DNA of 64,000 bases from Gammaproteobacteria bacterium (lineage in GTDB: Bacteria > Pseudomonadota > Gammaproteobacteria > Burkholderiales > SHXO01): NCBI GenBank assembly GCA_041488255.1, contig JBGPOV010000008.1, positions 2,485-66,484 of the forward strand. The letters run 5' to 3'. Positions 20,692 to 31,182 of the stretch are shown in pieces. The notes under the pieces were generated by a model. It ran no database searches, had not been told where the DNA came from, and saw only the letters and a list, made by a program, of their open reading frames with translations. Each line of letters starts with the position of its first letter. The first letter of the stretch is position 1. A program made the position numbers and the translations under genes.

Positions 20692-23478
20692 ATGGAACTC
20701 GCCAAGAGCTTCGAGCCGCACGAGATCGAGCGCCGCTGGTACCCCGTGTGGGAGTCGCGCGGCTACTTCAGTGCCAGCACCGACCCGGCCCGCCCCGCCT
20801 ATTGCATCCAGTTGCCGCCGCCGAATGTGACCGGCACGCTGCACATGGGCCACGCCTTCCAGCAGACGCTCATGGACGCGCTCATCCGTTACCACCGGAT
20901 GCGCGGCTTCAATACCAACTGGGTCGCCGGCACCGACCATGCCGGGATCGCCACGCAGATCGTGGTCGAGCGGCAGCTCGAGGCCGAGGGAGTGAAGCGG
21001 CAGGATCTCGGTCGGGAAAAATTCGTCGAACGAGTGTGGGCCTGGAAACAGCTGTCGGGGTCGACCATCACGCTGCAGATGCGCCGCCTGGGCGCTTCCG
21101 CCAACTGGAGCTACGCCGATACGGAAGGACAAAGCGCCGGCTACTTCACGATGGACGCTCGCATGTCTCGCGCGGTCGTCGAGGTGTTCGTCCGGCTCCA
21201 CGAGCAGGGTCTGATCTACCGCGGAAAGCGGCTGGTCAACTGGGACCCCGTCCTGGGCACCGCGGTTTCCGACCTCGAAGTCGACAGCGAGGAGGAAGAC
21301 GGCAGCCTCTGGGAGATTCGCTATCCGCTGGCCGACGGCACGGGCAGCGTTGTGGTCGCGACCACGCGCCCGGAGACGATGCTCGGCGATGTTGCCGTGG
21401 CCGTGAACCCGCACGACGAGCGCTATCGAGCGCTGGTCGGCAAGCGGGTGGTTCTGCCCCTGACCGGGCGCAGCATTCCCGTGATCGCGGACGAGTACGT
21501 GGATCCGGAGTTCGGCACCGGTTGCGTCAAGATCACGCCGGCGCACGACTTCAACGACTACCAGGTCGGCACGCGGCATGGGCTTCCCAGGATCAACATC
21601 CTGACGTTGGACGCCAGGATCAACGGCGAAGCGCCGGCCGCATACCAGGGTCTCGATCGCTTCGAGGCCCGCAAGCGCGTGGTGGCTGACCTGCAAGCGC
21701 AGGGGCTGCTGGCATCCCAGAAACCACACAAGTTCAAGGTGCCGCGTTCGGGCCGCACCGGCGTGATCGTCGAGCCGATGCTGACCGACCAGTGGTTCGT
21801 CAGGATGGACGGCCTGGCGCAGCGCGGGCTCGACGCGGTCGCTGCCGGCCAGATCAAGTTCTTCCCGGACCACTGGAGCTCGACCTACAACCATTGGCTC
21901 GAGCACATCCAGGACTGGTGCATCTCGCGACAGCTCTGGTGGGGGCACCAGATCCCGGCATGGTATGACGATGCCGGCAATATCTACGTCGCCCGCACCG
22001 AGGAGGAGGCCAGGCCGCGGGCCGCGGCGAAGGGCTACACCGGTCAGCTCAAGCGCGACGAGGACGTGCTGGACACCTGGTTCTCCGCCGCGCTGGTGCC
22101 GTTCACCTCGCTCGGCTGGCCGGAGAAGACCGTCGACCTCGAGTTATTTCTGCCTTCGTCGGTGCTGGTGACGGGGTTCGACATCATCTTCTTCTGGGTC
22201 GCCCGGATGATCATGATGACGCTGCACTTCACGGACAAGGTACCGTTCCGCCACGTCTACATCAACGCGCTGGTGCGCGACGCGGACGGCCAGAAGATGT
22301 CCAAGTCGAGGGGCAACACGCTCGACCCGCTCGACCTGATCGACGGCGTCTCGTTCCCCGACCTGCTGGCCAAGTCGACGGTCGGCCTGCTGCGCGCCGA
22401 TCATCGCGAGAGGATCGAGCGTTACGTGCGGAAAAACTTCCCCGAAGGGATCCCGGCGTTCGGCGCCGACGCGCTGCGCTTCACCTTCGCATCGCTTGCG
22501 ACCTTCGCGCGGACGCTGAACTTCGACCTCAACCGTTGCGATGGCTACCGCAACTTCTGCAACAAGCTGTGGAACGCCGCGCGGTTCGTGCTGATGAACA
22601 CCGAGGGCAAGGATTGTGGGACGGACGACTCCTCGCCCGTGGAGCTGTCCTTCGTCGACCGCTGGATCGTGAGCCGCCTGCAGACAGCCGAGGCAGCGGT
22701 GGAGTCGGGTTTCCGCGACTATCGCTTCGACCTGGCCGCGCGCGCCATCTACGAGCTGGTGTGGGACGAGTACTGCGACTGGTATCTCGAGCTGACGAAA
22801 GTCCAGCTCCAGTCCGGCTCGCAGGCGCAGCAGCGCGGGACCCGCCGCACGCTGGTGCGTGTTCTGGAGGCCACCCTGCGGCTTGCGCATCCGTTCATTC
22901 CTTTCATCACCGAGGAGCTGTGGCAGAAGACGGCGCCGCTAGCGGGCAAGGCAGGCGAGAGCGTTATGCTGGCGCCCTATCCGCAAGCACAAGCGGAGCA
23001 GATCGACGCGCTGGCCGAAGCCGAGGTCGCCGAGCTCAAGCGGCTCACCGATGCATGCCGGAACCTGCGCGGGCAGATGAACCTGCCGCCGGGGCAGCGC
23101 ATCCCGTTGCTCGCCGTCGGCGATCGCGCGCGCCTCGGCTTGTTCTTTCCCTACATGCGGACGCTTGCCCGGCTGTCGGAGGCAGCCGTCGTGGACGCGT
23201 TCCCGGACACCGAGGCGCCGACCGCGGTGGTCGGCGAGACGCGGTTGATGCTGCACATCAAGGTCGACCTCGCGGACGAGCTTGCGCGCTTGGAAAAGGA
23301 ACGCGCGAGGGTCGAAGGCGAGGTCGCGAAAGCCAGGACCAAGCTCGGCAACCCCGGCTTCGTCGAGCGCGCCCCGGCCGCCGTCGTGGCACAGGAGAGG
23401 GAGCGTCTCGCCTCGTTCGAAGCCACCTTGGACAAGCTGCGCGGGCAGCTCGAGAAGCTCGGGCGTGATGCAGCGTAA
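20692..23478 (+). CDS. valS: valine--tRNA ligase
   Basis: Start at [13 protein letters not shown]. Class I HIGH-type motif (TLHMGHAF) and KMSKS, with a C-terminal coiled coil. Confidence 0.96.
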   Translation: MELAKSFEPHEIERRWYPVWESRGYFSASTDPARPAYCIQLPPPNVTGTLHMGHAFQQTLMDALIRYHRMRGFNTNWVAGTDHAGIATQIVVERQLEAEGVKRQDLGREKFVERVWAWKQLSGSTITLQMRRLGASANWSYADTEGQSAGYFTMDARMSRAVVEVFVRLHEQGLIYRGKRLVNWDPVLGTAVSDLEVDSEEEDGSLWEIRYPLADGTGSVVVATTRPETMLGDVAVAVNPHDERYRALVGKRVVLPLTGRSIPVIADEYVDPEFGTGCVKITPAHDFNDYQVGTRHGLPRINILTLDARINGEAPAAYQGLDRFEARKRVVADLQAQGLLASQKPHKFKVPRSGRTGVIVEPMLTDQWFVRMDGLAQRGLDAVAAGQIKFFPDHWSSTYNHWLEHIQDWCISRQLWWGHQIPAWYDDAGNIYVARTEEEARPRAAAKGYTGQLKRDEDVLDTWFSAALVPFTSLGWPEKTVDLELFLPSSVLVTGFDIIFFWVARMIMMTLHFTDKVPFRHVYINALVRDADGQKMSKSRGNTLDPLDLIDGVSFPDLLAKSTVGLLRADHRERIERYVRKNFPEGIPAFGADALRFTFASLATFARTLNFDLNRCDGYRNFCNKLWNAARFVLMNTEGKDCGTDDSSPVELSFVDRWIVSRLQTAEAAVESGFRDYRFDLAARAIYELVWDEYCDWYLELTKVQLQSGSQAQQRGTRRTLVRVLEATLRLAHPFIPFITEELWQKTAPLAGKAGESVMLAPYPQAQAEQIDALAEAEVAELKRLTDACRNLRGQMNLPPGQRIPLLAVGDRARLGLFFPYMRTLARLSEAAVVDAFPDTEAPTAVVGETRLMLHIKVDLADELARLEKERARVEGEVAKARTKLGNPGFVERAPAAVVAQERERLASFEATLDKLRGQLEKLGRDAA

Positions 23479-23550
23479 CGACAGAGGCGCCGAGGCGCCC
23501 AGGACTTCAAAGGACGACAAGCGCGGCAACCCCGCGTCACGGGGGACAGG

Positions 23551-23578
23551 AAAAAAAACGGGCGCCTTCCAGCGCCCG
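23551..23578 (-). terminator. rho-independent terminator of the porin gene
   Basis: On the minus strand, CGGGCGC-loop-GCGCCCG is followed by an 8-U run. It lies 30 nt past the porin stop. Confidence 0.7.
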
Positions 23579-23607
23579 CTGCAGAGATATTTCAGCTTTC
23601 GTTGTTG

Positions 23608-24921
23608 TTAGAAGCTGTGCTTCAGGCCAACCGTAATGCCCCACAGGTCGGCACCATAATTCAACGGCGCGGAGATGCCACCGGCGGTTGAATAGTACTG
23701 CAAGTCGTCGTTCTTGTTCCAGGTGCCCATGACGTAGGCCTGGGTCTGCTTGGACAGGGTATGGTAATAGCCCAGGCCGATCATTTTGCCTGCGGTGCTA
23801 TCTGCGTTGCAGGCCCCGGTTGCGAGCTCACAAGTGCCCCCAAACGCGTCGATGAACTGGGCGCCGACGTACCCGGTAGCGAGGTTCCACTTCGCGCCGA
23901 TCGAGAAGGCGTTGCGCTTGTACTGGTCCGAGCCGCCCGTCACGATGTTGGACTTGTATTGCAAGTGTTCGTAGTTGATGTACGCGAAGATGTCCCCGAA
24001 CGTGTAGCCCACGCCGAGCTGCAAGCCGTAATCCGTGCTGCCTGTAGCGTTCCCGGCCTTGCCATCAATAGGGTTGACCGCCGCCAAACCGAACATGTCT
24101 CTGTGACGCTCATACGCTACCCAGGCCTGGATCGGCAACGACGGCCCGACGTACTTGCCGCCGAGGCCATAAAGCTGGGGATTGATCCCGGGAGTGCCGG
24201 TGACCGGGTTGGCGTTGACCTTGTAGGCCGGCAGGGTCATGTACGCGCCGGCGGTGAAGCCGTTGAAGTTCGGGCTGTTGTACCAGATGGCGTTCGAATC
24301 GCGACGATAGAAGCCGGCGCAACCGTTGGCTATACCCGGTGCATTCGCATTGGCACAGCTCGACGGGTCGCCGTTGCCTCCAGGAGCGTCAAACACAGTG
24401 CCGAAGCCCGGCGTGCCGAGCATCTGCAGGTTGCCGCCCATGCCGGCCGCGCCGTCCAACGGGTCTACCGTGTAGTAGTACGCCTCGTACAGCATTTCAT
24501 TCGTGCCGTACCACACCCCGCCCCAGCTGTCGCCGACCAGGCCGATGTGGCTGTTGCGGTTGGTTGCTGCTCCGAGGTTCTGGAAATTAGCCGTCAGCTG
24601 ATAAGCGAAGTCGAGCTTCAGGCCTCCGCCCAGGTCTTCCAGCGAGCCGATGGTGATGTTGGAGTAGTTGGTGTTGATGCCCCACACGCTACCTACACCA
24701 CCTGCGCCCGTGGTTGTGACTATGAGGCCTGGGCCTATCGTGGCGTTTGTGGTGGCTCCAGGGACAGCCCCGACGATGCTGTTGAACTTGCCGCCGCTGC
24801 CAGTGCTTTGATGCAGATATGCAGGGCCCGCATTGATGCTGCCGCTAAGAGTGACGTCTGCATAGGCCACGGGCGCCGCGAAAGCGGTGCCGACGGCCAT
24901 AGCGATCAGAGTTTTCTTCAT
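23608..24921 (-). CDS. outer-membrane porin (general Gram-negative porin family)
   Basis: Signal peptide MKKTLIAMAVGTAFAAPVAYA, Gly/Tyr/Asn-rich alternating beta-strand composition and a C-terminal ...GLKHSF with terminal Phe. Confidence 0.85.
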   Translation of the reverse strand: MKKTLIAMAVGTAFAAPVAYADVTLSGSINAGPAYLHQSTGSGGKFNSIVGAVPGATTNATIGPGLIVTTTGAGGVGSVWGINTNYSNITIGSLEDLGGGLKLDFAYQLTANFQNLGAATNRNSHIGLVGDSWGGVWYGTNEMLYEAYYYTVDPLDGAAGMGGNLQMLGTPGFGTVFDAPGGNGDPSSCANANAPGIANGCAGFYRRDSNAIWYNSPNFNGFTAGAYMTLPAYKVNANPVTGTPGINPQLYGLGGKYVGPSLPIQAWVAYERHRDMFGLAAVNPIDGKAGNATGSTDYGLQLGVGYTFGDIFAYINYEHLQYKSNIVTGGSDQYKRNAFSIGAKWNLATGYVGAQFIDAFGGTCELATGACNADSTAGKMIGLGYYHTLSKQTQAYVMGTWNKNDDLQYYSTAGGISAPLNYGADLWGITVGLKHSF

Positions 24922-25149
24922 ACCATCTCCTTGGTTGAGGCGTTCGGATATCCGTTTCGGATGCGGGCTTTGGCAATCCTCCCCTCCCGTCCACGGTGCC
25001 CGCTTCCATTTGCCTGCTCCCGCTATGCGGGGGAGGTGAGGCGATTCTGCCAAAGTGCAACACTTATCGGCAATGAATTGCCTCGGGATTAATTCTTTTG
25101 AGGCGTAAGTGTTGTTTTATTGCAACACCATTTCCAAGGAGTCTTGGGT

Positions 25150-25959
25150 TCAGACATTAAACAAACGGGCTAACTCTGCGCCGGGTTCCAGACTGCGCAT
25201 GAATGCCTCGCCGACTAGGAAGCCATTCACTCCATGTTGTCGCATCAAGGCGACGTCTCCGGGAGCCGAGATCCCCGACTCGGTGATCACCAATCGGGCA
25301 TCTGGGATGCGCGCAAGGAGATCTAAGGTTGTTTCCAGCCGCGTTTCGAACGTCCGGAGGTTCCGGTTGTTGATGCCCAGAAGCGGGGTGCGTAATGCCA
25401 ACGCCATGTCGAGCTCCGCGGCGTCGTGCACCTCTACCAGCACCGCCATTCCCAGCGCGGCGCCGATTGCCTCCAGCTCGAGCATCCGCGGCACATCTAA
25501 CGCGGCGACGATCAGCAGCACGCAATCCGCCCCCAGGACACGAGACTCGTAGACCTGGTAGGGATGGGTGAGGAAATCCTTGCGTAACGCAGGCAGGCCG
25601 GACGCAAGGCGGGCCTGCGCAAGATGCTCCGGCTGCCCCTGGAAGAACCGCCGGTCGGTGAGCACCGAGAGGCAGGCGGCACCATGCCGGGCGTAGCTTG
25701 CGGCGATCTCCGCCGGGCGGAACTCCTCCCGCAGGACGCCTTTGCTCGGGCTGGCCTTCTTGATCTCGGCGATCACCCCGGCCTGCCCGGCCGCGATCCT
25801 GGCTCTGAGCGCGCCGGCGAAGTCCATCGGCGGCGCGGCGGCCTCGGCCTCACGCCGTATTGCCTCCAGCGGCTTCTCGCGCGCGGCCGCCGCAACCTCC
25901 TCGCGCTTGACGGCCAGAATCCGCTCCAGGATGTCCGGCTGAGCGGCGGGCCGTTTCAT
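25150..25959 (-). CDS. trpC: indole-3-glycerol-phosphate synthase
   Basis: 269 aa with [20 protein letters not shown] and INNRNL motifs. The start overlaps the trpD stop. Confidence 0.93.
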   Translation of the reverse strand: MKRPAAQPDILERILAVKREEVAAAAREKPLEAIRREAEAAAPPMDFAGALRARIAAGQAGVIAEIKKASPSKGVLREEFRPAEIAASYARHGAACLSVLTDRRFFQGQPEHLAQARLASGLPALRKDFLTHPYQVYESRVLGADCVLLIVAALDVPRMLELEAIGAALGMAVLVEVHDAAELDMALALRTPLLGINNRNLRTFETRLETTLDLLARIPDARLVITESGISAPGDVALMRQHGVNGFLVGEAFMRSLEPGAELARLFNV

Positions 25960-26993
25960 TATTGGCTGGCCGTTTTGAACCGGCCGGCGAAGTCCACCAG
26001 TTCGTCGAGCTTGCGCCGTGCGGCGCCGCTGGCGAGCACCGCGCGCGCCCTCTCCACCCCCGACTCGAGCGAGGCAGCTAGTCCGCAGACGTAGATCGCG
26101 GCACCCGCATTCGCCGCCACGATGTCGCGGGCGGGACCCGGCTGGTTCGCCAGAGCCGCCAGCAGCATGTCTTTCGACTGGGTCTGATCCGAAACCTGGA
26201 TGTCTCGCAACGCGCTCACGGGGATGCCAAACTGCCTGGGATGGATGGTGTATTCACGCACCTCTCCGTCCTTGAGCTCGCCTACCATCGTCTCCCCGCC
26301 GATCGAGATCTCGTCCAGCCCCTCCAGACCGTAGACCACCATCACGTGACGGCTGCCGAGCCTCTGCAGGACGCGCGCCTGTATGCCGACCAGATCGGGG
26401 TGGAAGACGCCCATGATCTGGTTGCGCGCACCGGCCGGGTTGGTCAGCGGGCCGAGGATGTTGAAGATCGTGCGCACGCCCAGCTCGCGCCGCACCGGCG
26501 CCGCGTGCTTCATCGCCGCATGGTGGCTGGGTGCGAACATGAAGCCCAGCCCCACTTCGGCAATCGAGCGGGCCACTTGGTCCGGTGTCAGCGAAATGTT
26601 CACGCCCAGCGTTTCCAGCACGTCCGCGCTGCCCGACTTGCTGGAGACCGAACGGCCGCCGTGCTTGGCCACTTTGGCGCCGGCCGCGGCCGCCACCAGC
26701 GCCGCTGCCGTGGAGATGTTGAAGGTGTGGGCGCTGTCGCCTCCCGTGCCGCAGGTGTCCAGCAGGTGGTCGTACTCGGGAACTTCGACCTTGGTGGCGA
26801 ATTCGCGCATGACTTGCGCCGCAGCGGCGATCTCGCCGATGGTCTCCTTCTTCACGCGCAGCCCGATGGTGATCGCGGCAATCAGCGTGGGCGAGATCTC
26901 GCCGCTCATGATCTGCCGCATGAGCGAAAGCATCTCCTCATGGAAGATCTCCCGATGCTCGATCACGCGCACCAGCGCTTGCTGTGGCGTCAT
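25959..26993 (-). CDS. trpD: anthranilate phosphoribosyltransferase
   Basis: Start trimmed to MTPQQAL. Motifs DTCGTGGDS and [18 protein letters not shown]. Confidence 0.93.
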   Translation of the reverse strand: MTPQQALVRVIEHREIFHEEMLSLMRQIMSGEISPTLIAAITIGLRVKKETIGEIAAAAQVMREFATKVEVPEYDHLLDTCGTGGDSAHTFNISTAAALVAAAAGAKVAKHGGRSVSSKSGSADVLETLGVNISLTPDQVARSIAEVGLGFMFAPSHHAAMKHAAPVRRELGVRTIFNILGPLTNPAGARNQIMGVFHPDLVGIQARVLQRLGSRHVMVVYGLEGLDEISIGGETMVGELKDGEVREYTIHPRQFGIPVSALRDIQVSDQTQSKDMLLAALANQPGPARDIVAANAGAAIYVCGLAASLESGVERARAVLASGAARRKLDELVDFAGRFKTASQ

Positions 26994-27022
26994 GTGTCCT
27001 CCTCGCGCAGCGCTCGTCCCGG

Positions 27023-27589
27023 TCAATGAGCGTTCACGAAGTTGCGCAGCAGTTCGTGGCCGAGCTGGGTCAGGATCGACTCGGGGTGGAACTGGACGCC
27101 GTGTACCGCGAGGCTCTTGTGCCGGACCCCCATGATCTCCCCATCGTCGGTCCACGCGGTGACTGCCAGCGCTTCGGGCAGCGACTCGCGCTCGATCACC
27201 AGCGAGTGGTAGCGGGTGGCCTCGAACGGCTCGCGCAGGCCGTGGAAGACGCCCTCACCGCCGTGATGGATCATCGAAACCTTCCCGTGCATGACCCGCT
27301 TGGCGTGCACGATCTTGCCACCGAAGGCCTGCCCGATGCTCTGGTGACCGAGGCAGACCCCGAGGATCGGGATCTCTCCGGCAAAGCGCCGGATCAGCGG
27401 CACCGAGATGCCCGCCTCGTTGGGCGTGCACGGCCCGGGCGAAATCACGATGCGCGCCGGGGCGAGCGCGGCGACCTCGTCCAGGTTGATCTCGTCGTTG
27501 CGGAACACCACCACGTCCTGCTGCAGCTCGCCGAAGTACTGGACTAGGTTGTAGGTAAACGAATCGTAATTGTCGATCATCAGAAGCAT
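27023..27589 (-). CDS. trpG: anthranilate synthase component II (glutamine amidotransferase)
   Basis: Start trimmed to [18 protein letters not shown]. Catalytic GVCLGHQ and HPES motifs. AGGA lies 8 nt upstream of the ATG. Confidence 0.92.
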   Translation of the reverse strand: MLLMIDNYDSFTYNLVQYFGELQQDVVVFRNDEINLDEVAALAPARIVISPGPCTPNEAGISVPLIRRFAGEIPILGVCLGHQSIGQAFGGKIVHAKRVMHGKVSMIHHGGEGVFHGLREPFEATRYHSLVIERESLPEALAVTAWTDDGEIMGVRHKSLAVHGVQFHPESILTQLGHELLRNFVNAH

Positions 27590-27747
27590 ATACGTCCTAA
27601 CCAGTTGAGATATAAGTCGCGGTTCGACTGACGTGGCATTGATACCCGCATATATACCCGCTTTTTGTTTGGATGACCCCGCACAGTCCGTTGCTTTTCT
27701 GTTGGGGCTCGGTCGCCGATGGCGCTCGGCGCAGCGATGAGGCAGAT

Positions 27748-27816
27748 TCAGGCGGCAGGCTTGCGCCAGCGCCAACGCGAAAAGAGCAATGCAGGCGGAC
27801 GGGGTACGGGATGCAT
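27748..27816 (-). promoter_or_regulatory. candidate Trp-rich leader peptide ORF upstream of trpGDC
   Basis: A 22-codon [25 protein letters not shown], lies 158 nt upstream of trpG and has two Trp codons in RWRWR. The UGGCGCUGGCGC segment is complementary to downstream GCGCCGAGCGCC. It is below the ORF-track size cutoff. Confidence 0.45.
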
Positions 27817-27822
27817 TGTTGG

Positions 27823-27851
27823 ATTATTGCGAGAATCTTTGTAGGGGGCAA
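27823..27851 (-). promoter_or_regulatory. candidate sigma70 promoter for the trpGDC leader
   Basis: On the minus strand: TTGCCC, a 17-nt spacer, then AATAAT. The -10 ends 6 nt before the leader ATG, which would give a leaderless or near-leaderless leader mRNA. Confidence 0.35.
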
Positions 27852-27968
27852 GTAACTGCACTTGCCGGTAGTGTTTGCTGAGCTTCTTCGGGTGTTACCT
27901 TCTCAGTTAGCGCGGGAAAGCCTGCTGCAATCGTTAAAAGCAGCCTCTGTGGCGCGGGCGGCAACACA

Positions 27969-29498
27969 TCAGTTCGCAATCAGCGTGTTGCGCGCAATCT
28001 GATCCACCGCAGTGTTCAGCAACGCCGGGTCGGCGAATTTGCTCAACAGGCCAAGCCCCTGTGCGCTTACTGCTGCGGAGATCTCATCTAGAGTGCGGCT
28101 CCCGTCCAGCAGCGGGAGCAGCGCACGGATCGAATCGGGTACGACAATCGAGTCATGGCGCAGGGTCGTGACGCGCGCCCCGCGCTCGGCCTGGTAGCGT
28201 GCTAACGGGCTGACGCGCGGCCGTGTTCCCCGTTCGATGGAGAATGGCGATGCACGGACGTGCAGTTCCACTATGCCGGAGGCGTAGCTATGCAGCAAAT
28301 CGCCAGCAAGCGTTTCAGTGTCCTCTGCCCGGGGCGGCTTCGCCGCCAACGGGTTCAGGCGTGAATAGGCGGAAGCCATCAGCTCCGGCCCCGCCGCAGC
28401 TACCGGCCAGCGTGCGCCCAAGGTAAGCAGCGCCGATTTGGTGATGGCTTTGGGCGTACTCACGCACCTGCCCGCAGGAGTGCAGAACTTTTCAACGATG
28501 CCTTCGGCGAGATTCGGATTGCGCCGTGCTGGAGTGGCGGAACTCGACACCCACAACTCTTGCACTCGCTCCACCGTAACCAGGCGATCAAAGGGCTGTT
28601 CCGCATGCATTAGCAGCGTTTGCCGGAACGTGCGGTTGCTTAGAAAGTCCATCAGTTGCTCCTGCCGGATCATGTCGGACGCGAGTCTGCGCACCGTATC
28701 CGCCACTTGTGGTGGGAAGCGTGATGGCTGCATGGTTGCAATCTCGGCGTCCGCCAGGTATTGCAAGCCGTGACGATGTGCGCGCTCAATGAACTCGTGA
28801 AAATACAGCGGTTCGTTCAGTTCTTCGAGGTGCTCGTGCAAGATGTAGTAGTCGGGAGCGCTGTGCAGCAACTCCAGCTCGGATCGCAGCAGTTTGCCGT
28901 ACGCGCTGTTCTCGTCGGGTACTCCGCGAGCCAGAAAGTCCAGCATTGCTCGCGCCTCGGCCACACGCTTATCCGGCTCGGCAAACTGCAGAGCGTGGTA
29001 GCGCATGAGGTCCCGGATCATTCCGCGCATGCGCCACCCGGGCAGCGTGTTGTAGCCGACGTAGGCTACGCCATTTGGTACGAGGTTGCGATTGCAGATT
29101 TCGAGAATTTTCTCCTGGACCCCATTGGGCACCCAGGAGTAGATGCCGTGCACGATGATGTAATCGAATTGACCGAAGTTGTCGTCGATATCCATCACGC
29201 TGCATGCCATGAGCTGCACGTTGCCGAGCTGCAGCGCGCGGATGACGGCATCGCCCTCCGCCACCTGCGCGGCGGATAGATCAACACCGACGAACTGTGC
29301 GCGGGGTAACTCGACCGCCATCGGGATGAGGTTGCCGCCTCCGGCGCAGCCGAGCTCCAGGACACGGCAGGTGTCCAGCGGAGGTGTCCGGATGCCCGCC
29401 AGCAGCGCCAGCGTCGCTAGTCGGTCCGGATGCGTCCCAGGAATAGGAAAACTCTCGTAGGGGACTTCGTCGTAGCTGGTCTTGTAGGTAGGTAGCAT
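27969..29498 (-). CDS. class I SAM-dependent methyltransferase with large C-terminal 'methyltransferase regulatory'-like domain
   Basis: 509 aa. SAM motif I VLELGCAGGGN, then DLS and FDYIIVHGIYSWV. The ~300-aa C-terminal extension resembles the PF10119-type family as I recall it. Confidence 0.8.
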   Translation of the reverse strand: MLPTYKTSYDEVPYESFPIPGTHPDRLATLALLAGIRTPPLDTCRVLELGCAGGGNLIPMAVELPRAQFVGVDLSAAQVAEGDAVIRALQLGNVQLMACSVMDIDDNFGQFDYIIVHGIYSWVPNGVQEKILEICNRNLVPNGVAYVGYNTLPGWRMRGMIRDLMRYHALQFAEPDKRVAEARAMLDFLARGVPDENSAYGKLLRSELELLHSAPDYYILHEHLEELNEPLYFHEFIERAHRHGLQYLADAEIATMQPSRFPPQVADTVRRLASDMIRQEQLMDFLSNRTFRQTLLMHAEQPFDRLVTVERVQELWVSSSATPARRNPNLAEGIVEKFCTPAGRCVSTPKAITKSALLTLGARWPVAAAGPELMASAYSRLNPLAAKPPRAEDTETLAGDLLHSYASGIVELHVRASPFSIERGTRPRVSPLARYQAERGARVTTLRHDSIVVPDSIRALLPLLDGSRTLDEISAAVSAQGLGLLSKFADPALLNTAVDQIARNTLIAN

Positions 29499-29564
29499 TG
29501 CGTTGGCAGTTGCACGCTAGATTGAGCAAGGGTACGTTGCAGTTGATATTTGGGCCAACATCGT

Positions 29565-31043
29565 TCAAGCCGGCTTCCCGGAGTTGAGCCCGGCCTGCGC
29601 CATCTCGGCCGCGCGCAGCACGGCGCGTGCCTTGTTCTGAGTTTCGGTCCACTCGTTGTTCGGCACCGAGTCGGCGACGATTCCGGCGCCCGCCTGCACG
29701 TACAGCCTGCCGCCCTTGATGACCGCGGTCCGAATGGCAATCGCCAGGTCCATGTCGCCATTGAACCCGAGGTAGCCGGCGGCACCGGCGTAGATCCCGC
29801 GCCTGGTGGGTTCCATCTCGTCGATGATCTCCATGGCCCGGACCTTGGGCGCTCCGGTGACGGTGCCCGCGGGAAAAGACGCGCGCAGCACCGACAGGGC
29901 ATCCAGCCCGGGTTTGAGCTGGCCTTCCACGTTGGACACGATGTGCATGACGTGCGAGTAGCGCTCCACGACCATGTTCTCGGTCACGCGCACGCTGCCC
30001 GCTTTCGCCACCCGCCCCACGTCGTTGCGCCCCAGGTCCATGAGCATGACGTGCTCGGCCCGCTCTTTGGGATCGGACAGCAGGTCCTTCTCGTAGGCCA
30101 CGTCCTGCTCGCGGGTCGCTCCGCGCGGGCGAGTGCCGGCGATCGGGCGCAGGGTCACCGTGTCGCCCTCCAGGCGCACCAGGATCTCGGGCGACGCGCC
30201 CACCACGTGGAAGGCGTCCATGTCGAAATAGAACATGTAGGGTGAGGGGTTGAGTGCGCGCAGCGCCCGATACAGAGACAACGGGGATGCCGTGTAGGCA
30301 TGGCTGATGCGCTGCGACAGCACCACCTGCATGATGTCGCCATCGAAGATGTAACGCTTGGCCCGCTCCACCGCTTCTAGGAAGGCGTCCTCGCTGAACT
30401 CGTGCTGAACGACCCCGGGCTCGCTCGGCTTCTCGTCCGGCACCGGCACGCTTTGCCGCAGCTTCGCGGCCAGCTCCGTCAGACGCCCCTGCGCCCTGCC
30501 ATAGGCGTTGGGCTCGCGCGGGTCGGCGTAGACGATGAGAAACAGCTTGCCGGACAGGTTGTCCACCACCGCCAGCTGCTCGGACAGCAGCAGCAGGATG
30601 TCCGGGGTCTCGAGGCTGTCCGGCTTGACGGTCCGGGCCAGCTTCGCTTCGATGTAGCGCACCGTGTCGTAGCCGAAGAACCCGACGAGCCCGCCGCAGA
30701 AGCGCGGCAGCCCCGGGCGCAGCGCAGCCTTGAAGCGCGCCTGGCACGACCGGACGAACTCGAGCGGGTCTTTGTGCTCGGAGGCCTGCAGGAGCTGGTT
30801 GTGGCGGTATTCGACGCAGTGCTGCCCGCGAACCTCGAAGCGGGTCTCGGCGGGAAGCCCGATGAATGAATACCGCCCGAAGCGCTCGCCGCCTTGCACC
30901 GATTCCAGCAGGTACGACCAGGGACGGTTGGCGAGCTTGAGATAGACCGACAGTGGCGTGTCGAGGTCGGCGAAGGTTTCCAGGACCAGGGGGATACGGT
31001 TGAACCCCTTGGCGGCAAGCTGCCTGAATTCGGACTCGGTCAT
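29565..31043 (-). CDS. trpE: anthranilate synthase component I
   Basis: Start at MTESEF, with GGAG 7 nt upstream. Chorismate-binding motifs [11 protein letters not shown] and GIYAGAAGY. Confidence 0.95.
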   Translation of the reverse strand: MTESEFRQLAAKGFNRIPLVLETFADLDTPLSVYLKLANRPWSYLLESVQGGERFGRYSFIGLPAETRFEVRGQHCVEYRHNQLLQASEHKDPLEFVRSCQARFKAALRPGLPRFCGGLVGFFGYDTVRYIEAKLARTVKPDSLETPDILLLLSEQLAVVDNLSGKLFLIVYADPREPNAYGRAQGRLTELAAKLRQSVPVPDEKPSEPGVVQHEFSEDAFLEAVERAKRYIFDGDIMQVVLSQRISHAYTASPLSLYRALRALNPSPYMFYFDMDAFHVVGASPEILVRLEGDTVTLRPIAGTRPRGATREQDVAYEKDLLSDPKERAEHVMLMDLGRNDVGRVAKAGSVRVTENMVVERYSHVMHIVSNVEGQLKPGLDALSVLRASFPAGTVTGAPKVRAMEIIDEMEPTRRGIYAGAAGYLGFNGDMDLAIAIRTAVIKGGRLYVQAGAGIVADSVPNNEWTETQNKARAVLRAAEMAQAGLNSGKPA

Positions 31044-31083
31044 GACGACTCCACGGAAGCTGGTGAAACAGGAAAGACGAAAC

Positions 31084-31182
31084 CTAGATTGCACGCAAAG
31101 CAGCAGGTAGCGGGCGCCAATAGCGCCAGCTGCCCGCCGCGAGCAACCAGATCTTGCCTTCGTTCACAGTTCCGTGGATCAC
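31084..31182 (-). promoter_or_regulatory. candidate Trp-rich leader peptide ORF upstream of trpE
   Basis: A 32-codon [35 protein letters not shown], has a GTG that overlaps the gph stop (GTGA). It carries 3 Trp codons, two of them in SWRYWR, and ends 40 nt before the trpE ATG. Confidence 0.4.

Noticed and set aside
27597-27851. 84-aa ORF in the trpG upstream gap, and the 62-codon N-terminal extension of trpG (27590-27775).
   Set aside because: Neither has motifs. The trpG homology begins precisely at [11 protein letters not shown], which has a good SD. The gap is better explained by the promoter and leader-peptide hypothesis.
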